A program made the position numbers and the translations under genes. From an uncultured Candidatus Saccharibacteria bacterium (GTDB lineage: Bacteria; Patescibacteriota; Minisyncoccia; Phycocordibacterales; JAACPR01): a stretch of DNA of 64,000 nucleotides. The notes under the pieces were generated by a model. It had not been told where the DNA came from. It saw only the letters and a program-made list of their open reading frames with translations, and did no database searches. Of this stretch, positions 39,373-48,534 are shown one piece after another; the first letter of the stretch is position 1; every line of letters starts with the position of its first letter. The stretch spans positions 70,703 to 134,702 of the forward strand of contig CAYOAT010000001.1 of assembly GCA_964402215.1 (NCBI GenBank). The letters are read 5' to 3'.

Positions 39373-39514
39373 AGTCGTGACGGGTTATTTCTGCACGAGA
39401 CACGTCGATACTGTTTATACACAGTGGTTGAAATTTTTATCAAAAGCCTATTCAAAAATTAGTATCACTGAATTTATTTTATTTTGTTTTTTATACCCCC
39501 CCGTCATCATAATT

Positions 39515-40234
39515 TTATTTCTTATCCTCTAGGTATGATTCCATCATAAATCTTATTGTATTATTTATTTTTCCTACGATTTTTACTATATCATTTAAAT
39601 AGTTTTCAGATTTTATTTTCAATAATTTATCGGTGTAGGAACTAACTGCACCATCGCAATAATAAAATCTTGTTGTAGAAACATTATCACCTAAGGAATA
39701 GTAGGCTTTTTGGTTGTAATTGTTCTTAGGCGAATCAAAAAAAGTATTTATAAAACCAGATCTTATTTCCTTTAGAGATTGATCGTAGTGGAAGGTCACA
39801 TTACTTCTAATCCTTGATATATGAGACAAAAAATCATTTTTATTTTCATCATACAAAACATCTAAAACATCATGCCAATCATTTCTTATATCTGATGGTA
39901 ATTTTTTTTCAAAAAGAATAAACGATATTGAGCTAGTAACCTTTTTATTCTTTTCAAGAAAAATAAATAATTCACTAGTCAAACTGATAATTAATCTATT
40001 TAAATGATTATTAAGACCGGCCCAAGAGCCAAGATGGTCATTTGGTGGTTCACTATTATCAGAATTCGGTTTTCTATATTCCTTTACTATATATTCAACA
40101 AAAAACAACAAATCTTTCAAATCATTAAAAATCAAACCCAATACCAAAAAGAAATTATCAAAATCACTATCCTTATCCTTCTGTATAATTTTAGATGGAT
40201 TGATACTTTTTAAATTTCCCTCAAATTCTTTCAT
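39515..40234 (-). CDS. Hypothetical protein with a HEPN-like Rx5H motif
   Basis: Predicted all-helical 239 aa protein containing SRIRSNVTFHYD; directly downstream of the UvrD-like helicase. Confidence 0.55.
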   Translation of the reverse strand: MKEFEGNLKSINPSKIIQKDKDSDFDNFFLVLGLIFNDLKDLLFFVEYIVKEYRKPNSDNSEPPNDHLGSWAGLNNHLNRLIISLTSELFIFLEKNKKVTSSISFILFEKKLPSDIRNDWHDVLDVLYDENKNDFLSHISRIRSNVTFHYDQSLKEIRSGFINTFFDSPKNNYNQKAYYSLGDNVSTTRFYYCDGAVSSYTDKLLKIKSENYLNDIVKIVGKINNTIRFMMESYLEDKK

Positions 40235-40304
40235 TATTTTTCATTAATATTTTATTAACACATTTTGAATTTGCTCCTCAAGATTTTTTTGCATGACGAT
40301 GAAA

Positions 40305-42218
40305 CTAATTTTGGTCAACCTGTTTTATCGGAATTTTGGAATCTCTAAGAAATCTGGTCAATGTTCTTTTTTCTGTTCCACTATTACTTCCCGAATGTCT
40401 TTGTTGTCCAATTCGTTTATTGCAATAGCTGATAAACAATTTATGTCTTGCTCTTGTCATGGAAACATACAACAACCGTCTTTCATCGCCCTCTTTATCT
40501 CCAGTATTTCGTCCTGGAATATACTCATCTTCTGCACCAACTATGAAGCACACATCAAAAGACAAACCTTTTGCTTGGTGCATAGTGAGTATATTAACAG
40601 CATTTTCTTTTGTTTCTTGTTCGATATATTCTGACGAAGTGCTTACTATTTTAATTAAACCTTCGAGATCAGCTTTTTCTTGACTCTCCAAAATGCCAAC
40701 AAAATATTTTTTTACTTGTTCCCTGATCTCTCCTTCACTCATAAATTTATCGACTGTCGCAGTTATCGCTTCAATAGGATTTTGGATTGCTTTGAGTTCC
40801 ACTATTGCCACATTTATTTCGGAAACAAATTTTGCTATTTTTTGTCCAAACTTTTGTAATTCATTCGGAGATTCAACTATTTTTTGTAGAGCCACGCTAA
40901 ATCTTATTCCCCTGCTTTGAGCGTAATTCCATATATTTTTTATAGACTCATCACCCAAGCCGTTTGTTTTATCGACTTGTAATAATGTTCGCCAAGCTAA
41001 ACAATCGTTTTGATCAACTAGCAAACGAATAATTGATAAAACAATTCTATACTCATTATTGCTTTCTAGCTCGGAATCAGTCGTCAAAGACACATCAACG
41101 CTTTGCTTTTTCAGGGCTTCAATAATTGGCTTAGACAATGAGCCATTACGGTCGCTTCTTAATAAAATTGTGATTTGATCTGGCTTAATATCTTTGGCAA
41201 TCAAGCTTTTTATTTTTTTAGCTATGATTTCAGCTTCATGGTTTTGATCTTTAAATCCAATTATCAAAACCTCACCGTCTTCCGATTGGTCTTTCGGGCG
41301 TGTTGGCTTCGGTAATCGTTTAGGATCGAGACTGGCAACAAATTCAGCTGAATGTAAAATGTTTTTATCACAACGAAAACATATTTCTAACGCCAATTTT
41401 TTGGAATCTTGATATATCTGTTCAAAATTTCTTATACCTTCGGGGGTTGCGAAACGGAAGCCGTAGATACTTTGGTCATCATCTCCCGCAACAAATAATT
41501 CCGCACCTCGTTTTGCTAACTCGTTGACTATCGCAAGGTCGCAAGCGTTTAGGTCTTGATATTCATCAATCAAGATATGCTTATATTCTTTGTCCAATTG
41601 GAAATCTCTGCTTTGGTTTAACTGCTTTTTCAGTTGATAAACAAGTTCTGCTCTCAATGTTTCGCCATATTGATCTTTGTGGCTTCGCCACGCACCAAGA
41701 AAGGAGGGGTTTGGAAATTGTTGCTCCCAGCCAATTTCATCAATTCTCAAAGTTTCCCAGTCAGTTGAAAGCTGGTTGATCAAGTTTTGGACATCGCCAA
41801 TTTCTTTGAGGCTTAGAACTTTTTTTAAATCCTCTTGGATAATATATCTTTCTTCCCAGTCATCGGCTATTCTGATTGGTCTTGGCAATGTATCAATTCT
41901 GCTTGAATTATGAAGAATTTGTCTCAACGCAAAGGAGTGAAGCGTTGATACTTGAGGAATTGTTTTTCCTAAAGGTTCTAAAACTTTCTTGATTTCATCT
42001 TTCAGTTGAGCGGCGGCTAAACGGGTAAATGTAAGCAAAAGAATTGATTCTGGGTCAACATTATGTTGGAGAATTAAAGAAAGTACACGCCGAGTAAGCG
42101 TTTTTGTTTTACCCGTTCCTGGTCCAGCAAGTAATCTTGCATGACTGCCAATGTGGTCAATCGCTTCGATTTGATCGCTTGTAGCGTCGCCGTGAATTGT
42201 TGTTTTTATATCGTCCAT
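40305..42218 (-). CDS. UvrD/REP-family (SF1A) ATP-dependent helicase
   Basis: AGPGTGKT, LTFTR.AA, STLHSF, LIDEYQD, AGDDDQSIYGFR, TMHQAKGL.F, ERRLLYVSMTRA. Confidence 0.95.
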   Translation of the reverse strand: MDDIKTTIHGDATSDQIEAIDHIGSHARLLAGPGTGKTKTLTRRVLSLILQHNVDPESILLLTFTRLAAAQLKDEIKKVLEPLGKTIPQVSTLHSFALRQILHNSSRIDTLPRPIRIADDWEERYIIQEDLKKVLSLKEIGDVQNLINQLSTDWETLRIDEIGWEQQFPNPSFLGAWRSHKDQYGETLRAELVYQLKKQLNQSRDFQLDKEYKHILIDEYQDLNACDLAIVNELAKRGAELFVAGDDDQSIYGFRFATPEGIRNFEQIYQDSKKLALEICFRCDKNILHSAEFVASLDPKRLPKPTRPKDQSEDGEVLIIGFKDQNHEAEIIAKKIKSLIAKDIKPDQITILLRSDRNGSLSKPIIEALKKQSVDVSLTTDSELESNNEYRIVLSIIRLLVDQNDCLAWRTLLQVDKTNGLGDESIKNIWNYAQSRGIRFSVALQKIVESPNELQKFGQKIAKFVSEINVAIVELKAIQNPIEAITATVDKFMSEGEIREQVKKYFVGILESQEKADLEGLIKIVSTSSEYIEQETKENAVNILTMHQAKGLSFDVCFIVGAEDEYIPGRNTGDKEGDERRLLYVSMTRARHKLFISYCNKRIGQQRHSGSNSGTEKRTLTRFLRDSKIPIKQVDQN

Positions 42219-42334
42219 ATATTTATATTATACCATATTTAAGCACAAAAAGCCATAAGCAATGAGCTAAAATGTGCTTATTATTAGCCACGTAATTGGC
42301 TTTATTTGTTATACTTGACAAAAGTTGTTTTTAT

Positions 42335-43657
42335 TTAAGATTTCAACGAAATCTTCTTATCACTCAACATAATCTCACTCTTAAAACACCCTAGTAATTC
42401 CCTCTTTTCCAAGGCGGAGCCGTCTCTCAAAATGTATTTAGCATAATTTCTGATATCGATATCGCTAACAATAATTTTTTCTTTCGTTCCTAAAATTATC
42501 TGTTGAAACTTTTTAAATTTCTCAACGTCAGTTTTGATTTTTTCTTTGATCTTAATTTCACTAATATCAATTTGATCTAGTAATTCTTCAAATTGAACAA
42601 TTAGATCTTTTTCTTCAATATAGCCACACGGACAGTTTTTATCTTTATTCTTGGTACATCCATAATAAACGTAGCGATGAACATTTCCATTTTTCTGTCT
42701 TTTAAATTTTTCATCTGCTGATATACCAGATCCACACAATCCGCAATACATTAGTTTAGTGAAAGCGAATTCTTTATTTTCAATTCTTATAAAACTACTC
42801 TTGATCTGACTCTGTACCAAATCAAATAATTCTTTAGTGATAATTGGTTCGTGTTTTCCTTTGTACCAGTTTCCGCTTTTCTTTGGATATTCAAATTCAC
42901 CATAATAAAAATGGTTGTTGAGGATTGTAAAAATATTACCGAGACTAATATGTTTCTTGCCACAAACGGTTCTAAAGTTTAATTCAAATTTCAACCAGTT
43001 GTATATTTTCTTTCCGCTCCAATGTTCGTGTGCAACTTTCTCAAACATTTTTTTAATAGTTGGTGCTCTTTCTGAATCAATATAACACTGACATTTTCTA
43101 TCTGTCCTTTTTTCTTTCAAATAACCAGTCGGTGCAGGACCTGGCCACAAACCCATCTCAACTCTGGTGCGAAGTCCCCTTTTAACGTTGATACTTTTGT
43201 TGTCATTTTCTAATTTAGCTTGGGAACACAAAATCATTAATAGAAATTTTTCATTCGGTGAATTCTTAAAAGTCTGACCATAAGTTCTGATCTCTTGAAG
43301 CTTTGACTCATCCATCAAATCAACTAGCGACCCCAAGTCTCCTGCATTTCTAGATAATCTATCTGGTGCCCAGGTTAATATGCCATTAAAACGTCCAGAA
43401 TCGATATCAGACAGTATTTCCTTGAAGACTGGTCTCTGACCGGAATCTTTAGCTGAATGTGCCTCACGTCTTATTTCAACGATTTCCAGACTCTCTCTTT
43501 CAGCTATTTGCAACATCTCTTTAACTTGTGAATCAATTGATAATATTTGCCGTTCTTCAGCTTCAGTTGATTTACGAGCGTATAGAACATACTTAACTGG
43601 AACAGCTTGAACGACCTTCATATCACCAATTAATCCAACATTTGTCTTTGTCTCCAT
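42335..43657 (-). CDS. Large serine recombinase (resolvase + recombinase + zinc-ribbon domains)
   Basis: Catalytic YARKS, SAK..G.RP.F, DRLSRN, G..P.GY, N.FYYG, HEPII..ELF, CGLCG...YYGC...C. Start is uncertain (43657, 43621 or 43708). Confidence 0.93.
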   Translation of the reverse strand: METKTNVGLIGDMKVVQAVPVKYVLYARKSTEAEERQILSIDSQVKEMLQIAERESLEIVEIRREAHSAKDSGQRPVFKEILSDIDSGRFNGILTWAPDRLSRNAGDLGSLVDLMDESKLQEIRTYGQTFKNSPNEKFLLMILCSQAKLENDNKSINVKRGLRTRVEMGLWPGPAPTGYLKEKRTDRKCQCYIDSERAPTIKKMFEKVAHEHWSGKKIYNWLKFELNFRTVCGKKHISLGNIFTILNNHFYYGEFEYPKKSGNWYKGKHEPIITKELFDLVQSQIKSSFIRIENKEFAFTKLMYCGLCGSGISADEKFKRQKNGNVHRYVYYGCTKNKDKNCPCGYIEEKDLIVQFEELLDQIDISEIKIKEKIKTDVEKFKKFQQIILGTKEKIIVSDIDIRNYAKYILRDGSALEKRELLGCFKSEIMLSDKKISLKS

Positions 43658-43763
43658 ACAACCATTAATGACAGAACCGTTGGTTTTGCTAAGCGAAGTT
43701 GTCGACAACGTGTTGGCAAGAATTCTTAGCGAAACAATAAAATCGCGATATTATACTAAACAC

Positions 43764-44972
43764 ATGGAAATATTAATTTTTGGCGGAATAGCTGTCTTTA
43801 TGATAATAGGATTTATCTCTTGGATAATGGAGATAAATGAAAATTCAAAAAAATATTTGGATTTAAAACCAAAACTAGATTCTCTAGAAAAAGATCGCCA
43901 AGATCATCTAACGAAAGTTAAAAAATTAGAGGAAACAACTGAAATAGTTAAAAGAGATTTACATAAAATTGCTGAACAAAAATCAATGGGTTTTCCTTGG
44001 TTGGCAGAAGCTTACGCAGAATATTTTTCTTTACGTGATTTAATGGTAGAAAAATATTTGGAAAACAAAAGACATCCGGCATATACAGCCGCAGAAGCAG
44101 TAAGAGAAATTAAAAAAGAGAAAAAGAAACTCCTAAAAGAAAATAAAATTATTTCTTATAAGATAAATTATTTTGAGAAGTTATTCCCATGGCTGAGTGA
44201 ACTTATAGCGGAAAATGAGCAGGAAGATATACCAGTAATGATAGACGACGATCAAATCGAAGATAATGATGACAGAGTTAAAAATTATTTAACACAAGAT
44301 GAATATAGAAAGTTGCCATCAGTAGAAAGAAATCAAAAAGCGCTGGACAGATATTTACAAAATAGAAATAAATCCAAATGGGCTATTGGTAGAGATTATG
44401 AAATGTACGTGGGACATCTTTATGCACAGGATGGTTACATTATTGAATATAAAGGAATAATTGATGGTTTTGATGATTTGGGCAGGGATATAATTGCAAA
44501 GAAAAATGGTGAGATCTGCATAATTCAATGTAAATATTGGGCGCAATATAAAGATATTCATGAAAAACACGTATTTCAATTATTCGGAACCACAATGGAA
44601 TATTGGCTGAAAAATTTTGTTAGTAAGGGCACTAAAAATAATTTTTCTGAGTTTTCAAGATTTTTGGATGAAGAAAAAATTAGACCAATATTTTTTACTT
44701 CCACAACATTATCAGAAAGAGCTAAGGAAATGGCGAAAGCCTTAAGCGTTGAGGTTATCGAAAGTAAACCAATTTCTGATTTTCCAAGAATTAAGTGTAA
44801 TATCAATGTCGATGAATTTGGAAAAGAAACAAAAATTTATCACCTACCGATGGATCAACAATATGACCGTACAATTATAGGAAATAAAAAGGGTGAATTC
44901 TATGCTTATACAGTTAAAGAAGCTGAGGGCGCTGGATTTAGAAGGGCTTTTAAACACAAGTTTAGTAAATAA
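43764..44972 (+). CDS. Membrane-anchored Mrr-like PD-(D/E)xK restriction endonuclease family protein
   Basis: N-terminal TM helix, coiled coil, GRDYE...DLGRDIIA...IIQCKYW, C-terminal NI...KIYHLP..QQYDRT...EAE.AGFRRA module. ATG at 43764 is preferred over 43668, which overlaps the recombinase ORF. Confidence 0.75.
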   Translation: MEILIFGGIAVFMIIGFISWIMEINENSKKYLDLKPKLDSLEKDRQDHLTKVKKLEETTEIVKRDLHKIAEQKSMGFPWLAEAYAEYFSLRDLMVEKYLENKRHPAYTAAEAVREIKKEKKKLLKENKIISYKINYFEKLFPWLSELIAENEQEDIPVMIDDDQIEDNDDRVKNYLTQDEYRKLPSVERNQKALDRYLQNRNKSKWAIGRDYEMYVGHLYAQDGYIIEYKGIIDGFDDLGRDIIAKKNGEICIIQCKYWAQYKDIHEKHVFQLFGTTMEYWLKNFVSKGTKNNFSEFSRFLDEEKIRPIFFTSTTLSERAKEMAKALSVEVIESKPISDFPRIKCNINVDEFGKETKIYHLPMDQQYDRTIIGNKKGEFYAYTVKEAEGAGFRRAFKHKFSK

Positions 44973-45142
44973 TTTAGTAATATTCCGTCGACGAAATTTC
45001 GACAGTTTCGTTTAATAAAAATTATTCCAAATATAACGATCTCTTGAGACAAGTTAAAGATTTACTATCAGAAAAAGGAATCAAAGATATTAGTCTACTA
45101 GACGTTCACTCCTTCGTCTGGATGATCTATAATTTTAGGTAA

Positions 45143-45592
45143 TTAACGGTTGTCTGATTCAGAAGGTTTTTCTTCAACCCATCCCTCAAGGGAATTGCCA
45201 CCATTTTTTTCAATCTCTTCATCTCTCTCAACATCCTCTTTTCGGCTGTATATTTTAACTTCTATAGCATCAATTTTTTCCTTCCCCATATCTTCCCAGA
45301 AATTCTTTGGTCTCGGTCTCATATATTCTTTTTTATGATTATCAAGCCAATATCTATATGCTCTGGGTTTTCCGATTTTTATATCCGTGATTAACTTACT
45401 TTCTGCCAGATCATTTATGGATTCCACTCCGAGTTTTTTGGCCTCATCTACATTTTTAGAAAATCTTTTCTCATTTTCCATCCATCTATAAACAGTCTGT
45501 CTTGATAAACCAACACGTTCACAGGCCACAGAAATGTTCGCTGTTTTTGCCAATTCTTCTATGAATGTTTTTTCTAATGACTTCTTCTTCAT
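45143..45592 (-). CDS. HTH protein resembling phage terminase small subunits
   Basis: NISVACERVGLSRQTVYRW HTH, then F...V.EA...G.....D.AESKL; follows a ParB-methylase as in phage packaging modules. Confidence 0.6.
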   Translation of the reverse strand: MKKKSLEKTFIEELAKTANISVACERVGLSRQTVYRWMENEKRFSKNVDEAKKLGVESINDLAESKLITDIKIGKPRAYRYWLDNHKKEYMRPRPKNFWEDMGKEKIDAIEVKIYSRKEDVERDEEIEKNGGNSLEGWVEEKPSESDNR

Positions 45593-46863
45593 ATACTTTC
45601 AACCTTGGCTTTCTGACCCGTTAATTTTTCATATCTTGCAATAATGAGATCACAATATATTGGTTCTAGCTCGACCAAATAAGCTTTTCTTTTTAGTTTT
45701 TCACAAGCAATCAATAGACTTCCAGATCCACCAAAAGAATCTAGAATAATATCACCAGGTTTAGTACATCGCCTTATCGCTTTTTCGTATAGATCAACAG
45801 GTTTCTGGGTGGCATGTTCCATTTCCTTTCCAGAAACTCTTTTCGAAGTCCAAATATTTATATCATCGATAGCTTTGTTTCCACTTCCAACATTTACATT
45901 CATGATTTCATTCTGGCCAAATTCTTTTTTCGATAAATAAGGCTTTCCGAGAGTTCCATAAATACATGGTTCATAACATTTTGAGAAAGCCACTTGAGGT
46001 GTTTCATTTTGTGCGTTTTTTATCCATAAACAGACTCGGCGATTTGTAATACCAAGTTCTCGGTAAAGAGACTGTATGATCCAAATCTGTTGTTCTGTAT
46101 TCCAATAAAATATATGGCTATCTGGCTTAGTGAACAATAGAGCAGTTGAGATATTTTTTCTCAAAAATTCTATGTATTCTTTTTCGGTTCTATCGTCATT
46201 AACATTTCCTCCGTAATCTTTCTTCCCGCCGACTCCTTTATTGTATTTAATCTTTAAATTGTAGATTGGGTCAGAAAATATAGTATCCGCTTTTTCATAA
46301 CCAAATAATCTACTCAGTGTTTTTTCTTCATTTGAGCTTCCACAGATCAGGCGGTGGTCACCCAAAGTTACCAGATCTCCAATTTTAGTTTTAGGAACTT
46401 TGATTTTAGCTAATTCTTTTTTCTCGTCCCAATCATCCGTTGAGACACTAATGTCGCCATCCCAGATATTAGCAATATCGTCGAAACTAAAGCCTGAGTC
46501 AGTTAACAAACCAATCTCGAAGTCTTTCAAGGATTCATAATTCCAATCTCCAGTGACAGCATTTGATGTTAGAAGATATCTCTCATATTCTTCTTTAGTT
46601 AGTCTTCGGTTTGGTATTCTGACATCTATCTCTTCATCACCACGACCAAGAATTTGCATCACTTTTAATCTTTGGTGGCCAGCAATTATTTTATTGTCAG
46701 TATCTATTGCAGGGATTTCAACTAAATTAAATCTTTCTAAACTTTTCTTTAAATTTGATTCCTGGTCTGCAGACATCACCCGAGGGTTTTTATTGTATGG
46801 GACCAAATCATTTACTTTGCGCCTGGTCGTGCGCCACATGAGAGGTTCGTTATTGTTTATCAT
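45589..46863 (-). CDS. ParB-like N-terminal domain fused to a DNA amino-methyltransferase (beta class, phage type)
   Basis: L.PY.KNPR, IIAGHQR (ParB/Srx); motif IV variant DPIY, HATQKP, motif I DSFGGSGS. Confidence 0.88.
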   Translation of the reverse strand: MINNNEPLMWRTTRRKVNDLVPYNKNPRVMSADQESNLKKSLERFNLVEIPAIDTDNKIIAGHQRLKVMQILGRGDEEIDVRIPNRRLTKEEYERYLLTSNAVTGDWNYESLKDFEIGLLTDSGFSFDDIANIWDGDISVSTDDWDEKKELAKIKVPKTKIGDLVTLGDHRLICGSSNEEKTLSRLFGYEKADTIFSDPIYNLKIKYNKGVGGKKDYGGNVNDDRTEKEYIEFLRKNISTALLFTKPDSHIFYWNTEQQIWIIQSLYRELGITNRRVCLWIKNAQNETPQVAFSKCYEPCIYGTLGKPYLSKKEFGQNEIMNVNVGSGNKAIDDINIWTSKRVSGKEMEHATQKPVDLYEKAIRRCTKPGDIILDSFGGSGSLLIACEKLKRKAYLVELEPIYCDLIIARYEKLTGQKAKVESI

Positions 46864-46963
46864 AATTATTAAATCCTTTTTATTTCAGTGGATTTGATAA
46901 TTATGATAACTTTTCGGTTGATTCTATGTAACCGATTTTTGACCCCTTTTAAGCGTCCCACAC

Positions 46964-47689
46964 TTATCTGGCCCGTCTCTTGTTTCTATATATAGTTTTT
47001 GATATTTTTCTTGGTGTATAGATATCTGTATCATGTGCATCATTTAGTTTTTTAGAAATTTCAGACGGGCGATAGGTCTTACTTAAATGATAAATTTGTT
47101 TATTTAAATTACTTTGCTCTCTCAATCTAACCTGTTGTAAGTGTGGCGATATCTTTTTATATCTATTTTGAATTATCTTAATCTTACTAAAATTTTTACC
47201 AACATATTCTTCTATATCTCTCCTTGATGCATCTACGCTAACTAATATCGCCACAGGAAAACCAAAATTCTCAACAAAATCATTATTTTTGATTTTCTTT
47301 TTCGCCTGAACCATGTCGATAGAAATAACAGTGTTGATATCGCTTGTAATTATGTATGTGTTGTAAAACAAAATCCAATTAAAAACATTTGGATATGTAT
47401 TCAAAAGACTAATATTATATTTATCTAATAACTCGGAGATTTGATTTTGTAAATCAATTAAATACTTTTGTCTAATACCTTTTAACCACACCTTCGGATA
47501 TTTAAATGAGTTATAACCCAACGTCTCATATCCCATTGGTTTATCGGCAAAACCATTTAGCGGAATTTTAAATTTGCTTCTAAGTAGTCCTAGATCTTTT
47601 TGAAAACCCGATCTTTTTCTTAACCGCTCTAACACTTCAAACAAATGATCTTGCGATTTTGTAAAAATAGAGTGAAATTTCTTGGGCAT
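46964..47689 (-). CDS. Basic hypothetical protein with possible C-terminal HTH
   Basis: 241 aa, Lys-rich, C-terminus QIYHLSK....SEISKKLN. Confidence 0.55.
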   Translation of the reverse strand: MPKKFHSIFTKSQDHLFEVLERLRKRSGFQKDLGLLRSKFKIPLNGFADKPMGYETLGYNSFKYPKVWLKGIRQKYLIDLQNQISELLDKYNISLLNTYPNVFNWILFYNTYIITSDINTVISIDMVQAKKKIKNNDFVENFGFPVAILVSVDASRRDIEEYVGKNFSKIKIIQNRYKKISPHLQQVRLREQSNLNKQIYHLSKTYRPSEISKKLNDAHDTDIYTPRKISKTIYRNKRRAR

Positions 47690-47891
47690 ATTAGAGTAAT
47701 TATTATACTTTTTCGGATATAATCAAATAAGAATAAATAGACAGAATGCTAATAGTTAAATTTGACAATAAAATTATTTCATAGTCTAAAACGGTCATTT
47801 AATCAGCGCTTACATTTACGGGTCTATAATAAACATAGTGTGTAGCAGGGATAGTCGACCCATTAAAAGACTACACATTCAATAGATAATA

Positions 47892-48176
47892 ATGAGTAAA
47901 TTTATTTCCAGAGTAGAGCTAAATAATGCTACTTTAAATGAGTTTTCTTTGTTTCATGATACGATGTCTGATCTTGGTTTTTCACAAGAACTTCCAATTG
48001 AAAATGGCGATATATACAGATTACCTAGGGCAACCTATCGTATTGTGAAAGATGTTGTTATACGAGATATTTTAAATCTTATTAAACAAGCATTGAAAAC
48101 AATTAATAAAACCGCCGAAATCTTTGTTGTAAAGTACACGGATTCAGATTGGGACGGGCTAGATTTAAAGGAATAG
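47892..48176 (+). CDS. DUF2622/GhoS-like small ferredoxin-fold protein
   Basis: F..RVEL..A......H..M...GF......NG..Y.LP.A.Y pattern recalled for this family. Confidence 0.6.
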   Translation: MSKFISRVELNNATLNEFSLFHDTMSDLGFSQELPIENGDIYRLPRATYRIVKDVVIRDILNLIKQALKTINKTAEIFVVKYTDSDWDGLDLKE

Positions 48177-48295
48177 GTTAAATTGAGCAAAAACGGACTA
48201 ATATAACGCGCTAGATTGGTGGAGAAATTCAGTATACTGTCAAAAATCAGAGTTGTAACCTATGACCAGCGGTAGAACGGCCGTACCTAGCTTAT

Positions 48296-48326
48296 AAAAA
48301 CCAGATTCAATTCGAATCTGGTTTTT
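48296..48326. terminator. Bidirectional terminator-like hairpin
   Basis: AAAAACCAGATTC-aattc-GAATCTGGTTTTT. Confidence 0.75.
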
Positions 48327-48345
48327 AATTACTTTTTTGCAATAG

Positions 48346-48380
48346 AAAAAGTGACAAAAGTGTCACTTTTGTCACTTTTT
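48346..48380. repeat. Perfect 17-bp inverted repeat with a 1-nt spacer
   Basis: AAAAAGTGACAAAAGTG-t-CACTTTTGTCACTTTTT. Confidence 0.9.
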
Positions 48381-48480
48381 GCCCTGCTCGAGACTCGTCG
48401 ATTTGGTATACTTAAAAAATCTTAAATAAGCATTACGGGGCTTAACCGATAAAAGTTCTAACACGAGACGGCCCGCCAAG
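48366..48480 (+). repeat. att-like arm, copy A (~115 bp) ending in the tRNA-Ser 3' sequence
   Basis: Aligns by eye, with one gap, to 50787-50900; shared blocks CACTTTTTGCC, TGCTCGAGACTCGTCGATTT, CATTAC, GTTCTAAC, CCGCCAAG. Confidence 0.88.
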
Positions 48481-48534
48481 TCGAGCTAGCACGAGGAACG
48501 TTAAGTATTTAAAATTTTACAATTAAAAGATAAA

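Noticed and set aside
39240-39455. 71 aa minus-strand ORF
   Set aside because: It is the antisense of tRNA-Ser; GGESEIRTHDT is a typical tRNA shadow translation.
40305-42218. Gabija system
   Set aside because: No adjacent OLD-family ATPase/TOPRIM nuclease (GajA).
43668-43763. Overlapping N-terminal extensions of the recombinase and nuclease ORFs
   Set aside because: The two ORFs overlap head to head; downstream ATGs (43657 and 43764) leave a sensible divergent intergenic region.
43764-46863. Classical type II restriction-modification pair
   Set aside because: The methylase is a phage-type ParB fusion separated from the nuclease by a terS-like gene, and the nuclease is membrane-anchored and Mrr-like; a cognate pairing is unsupported.
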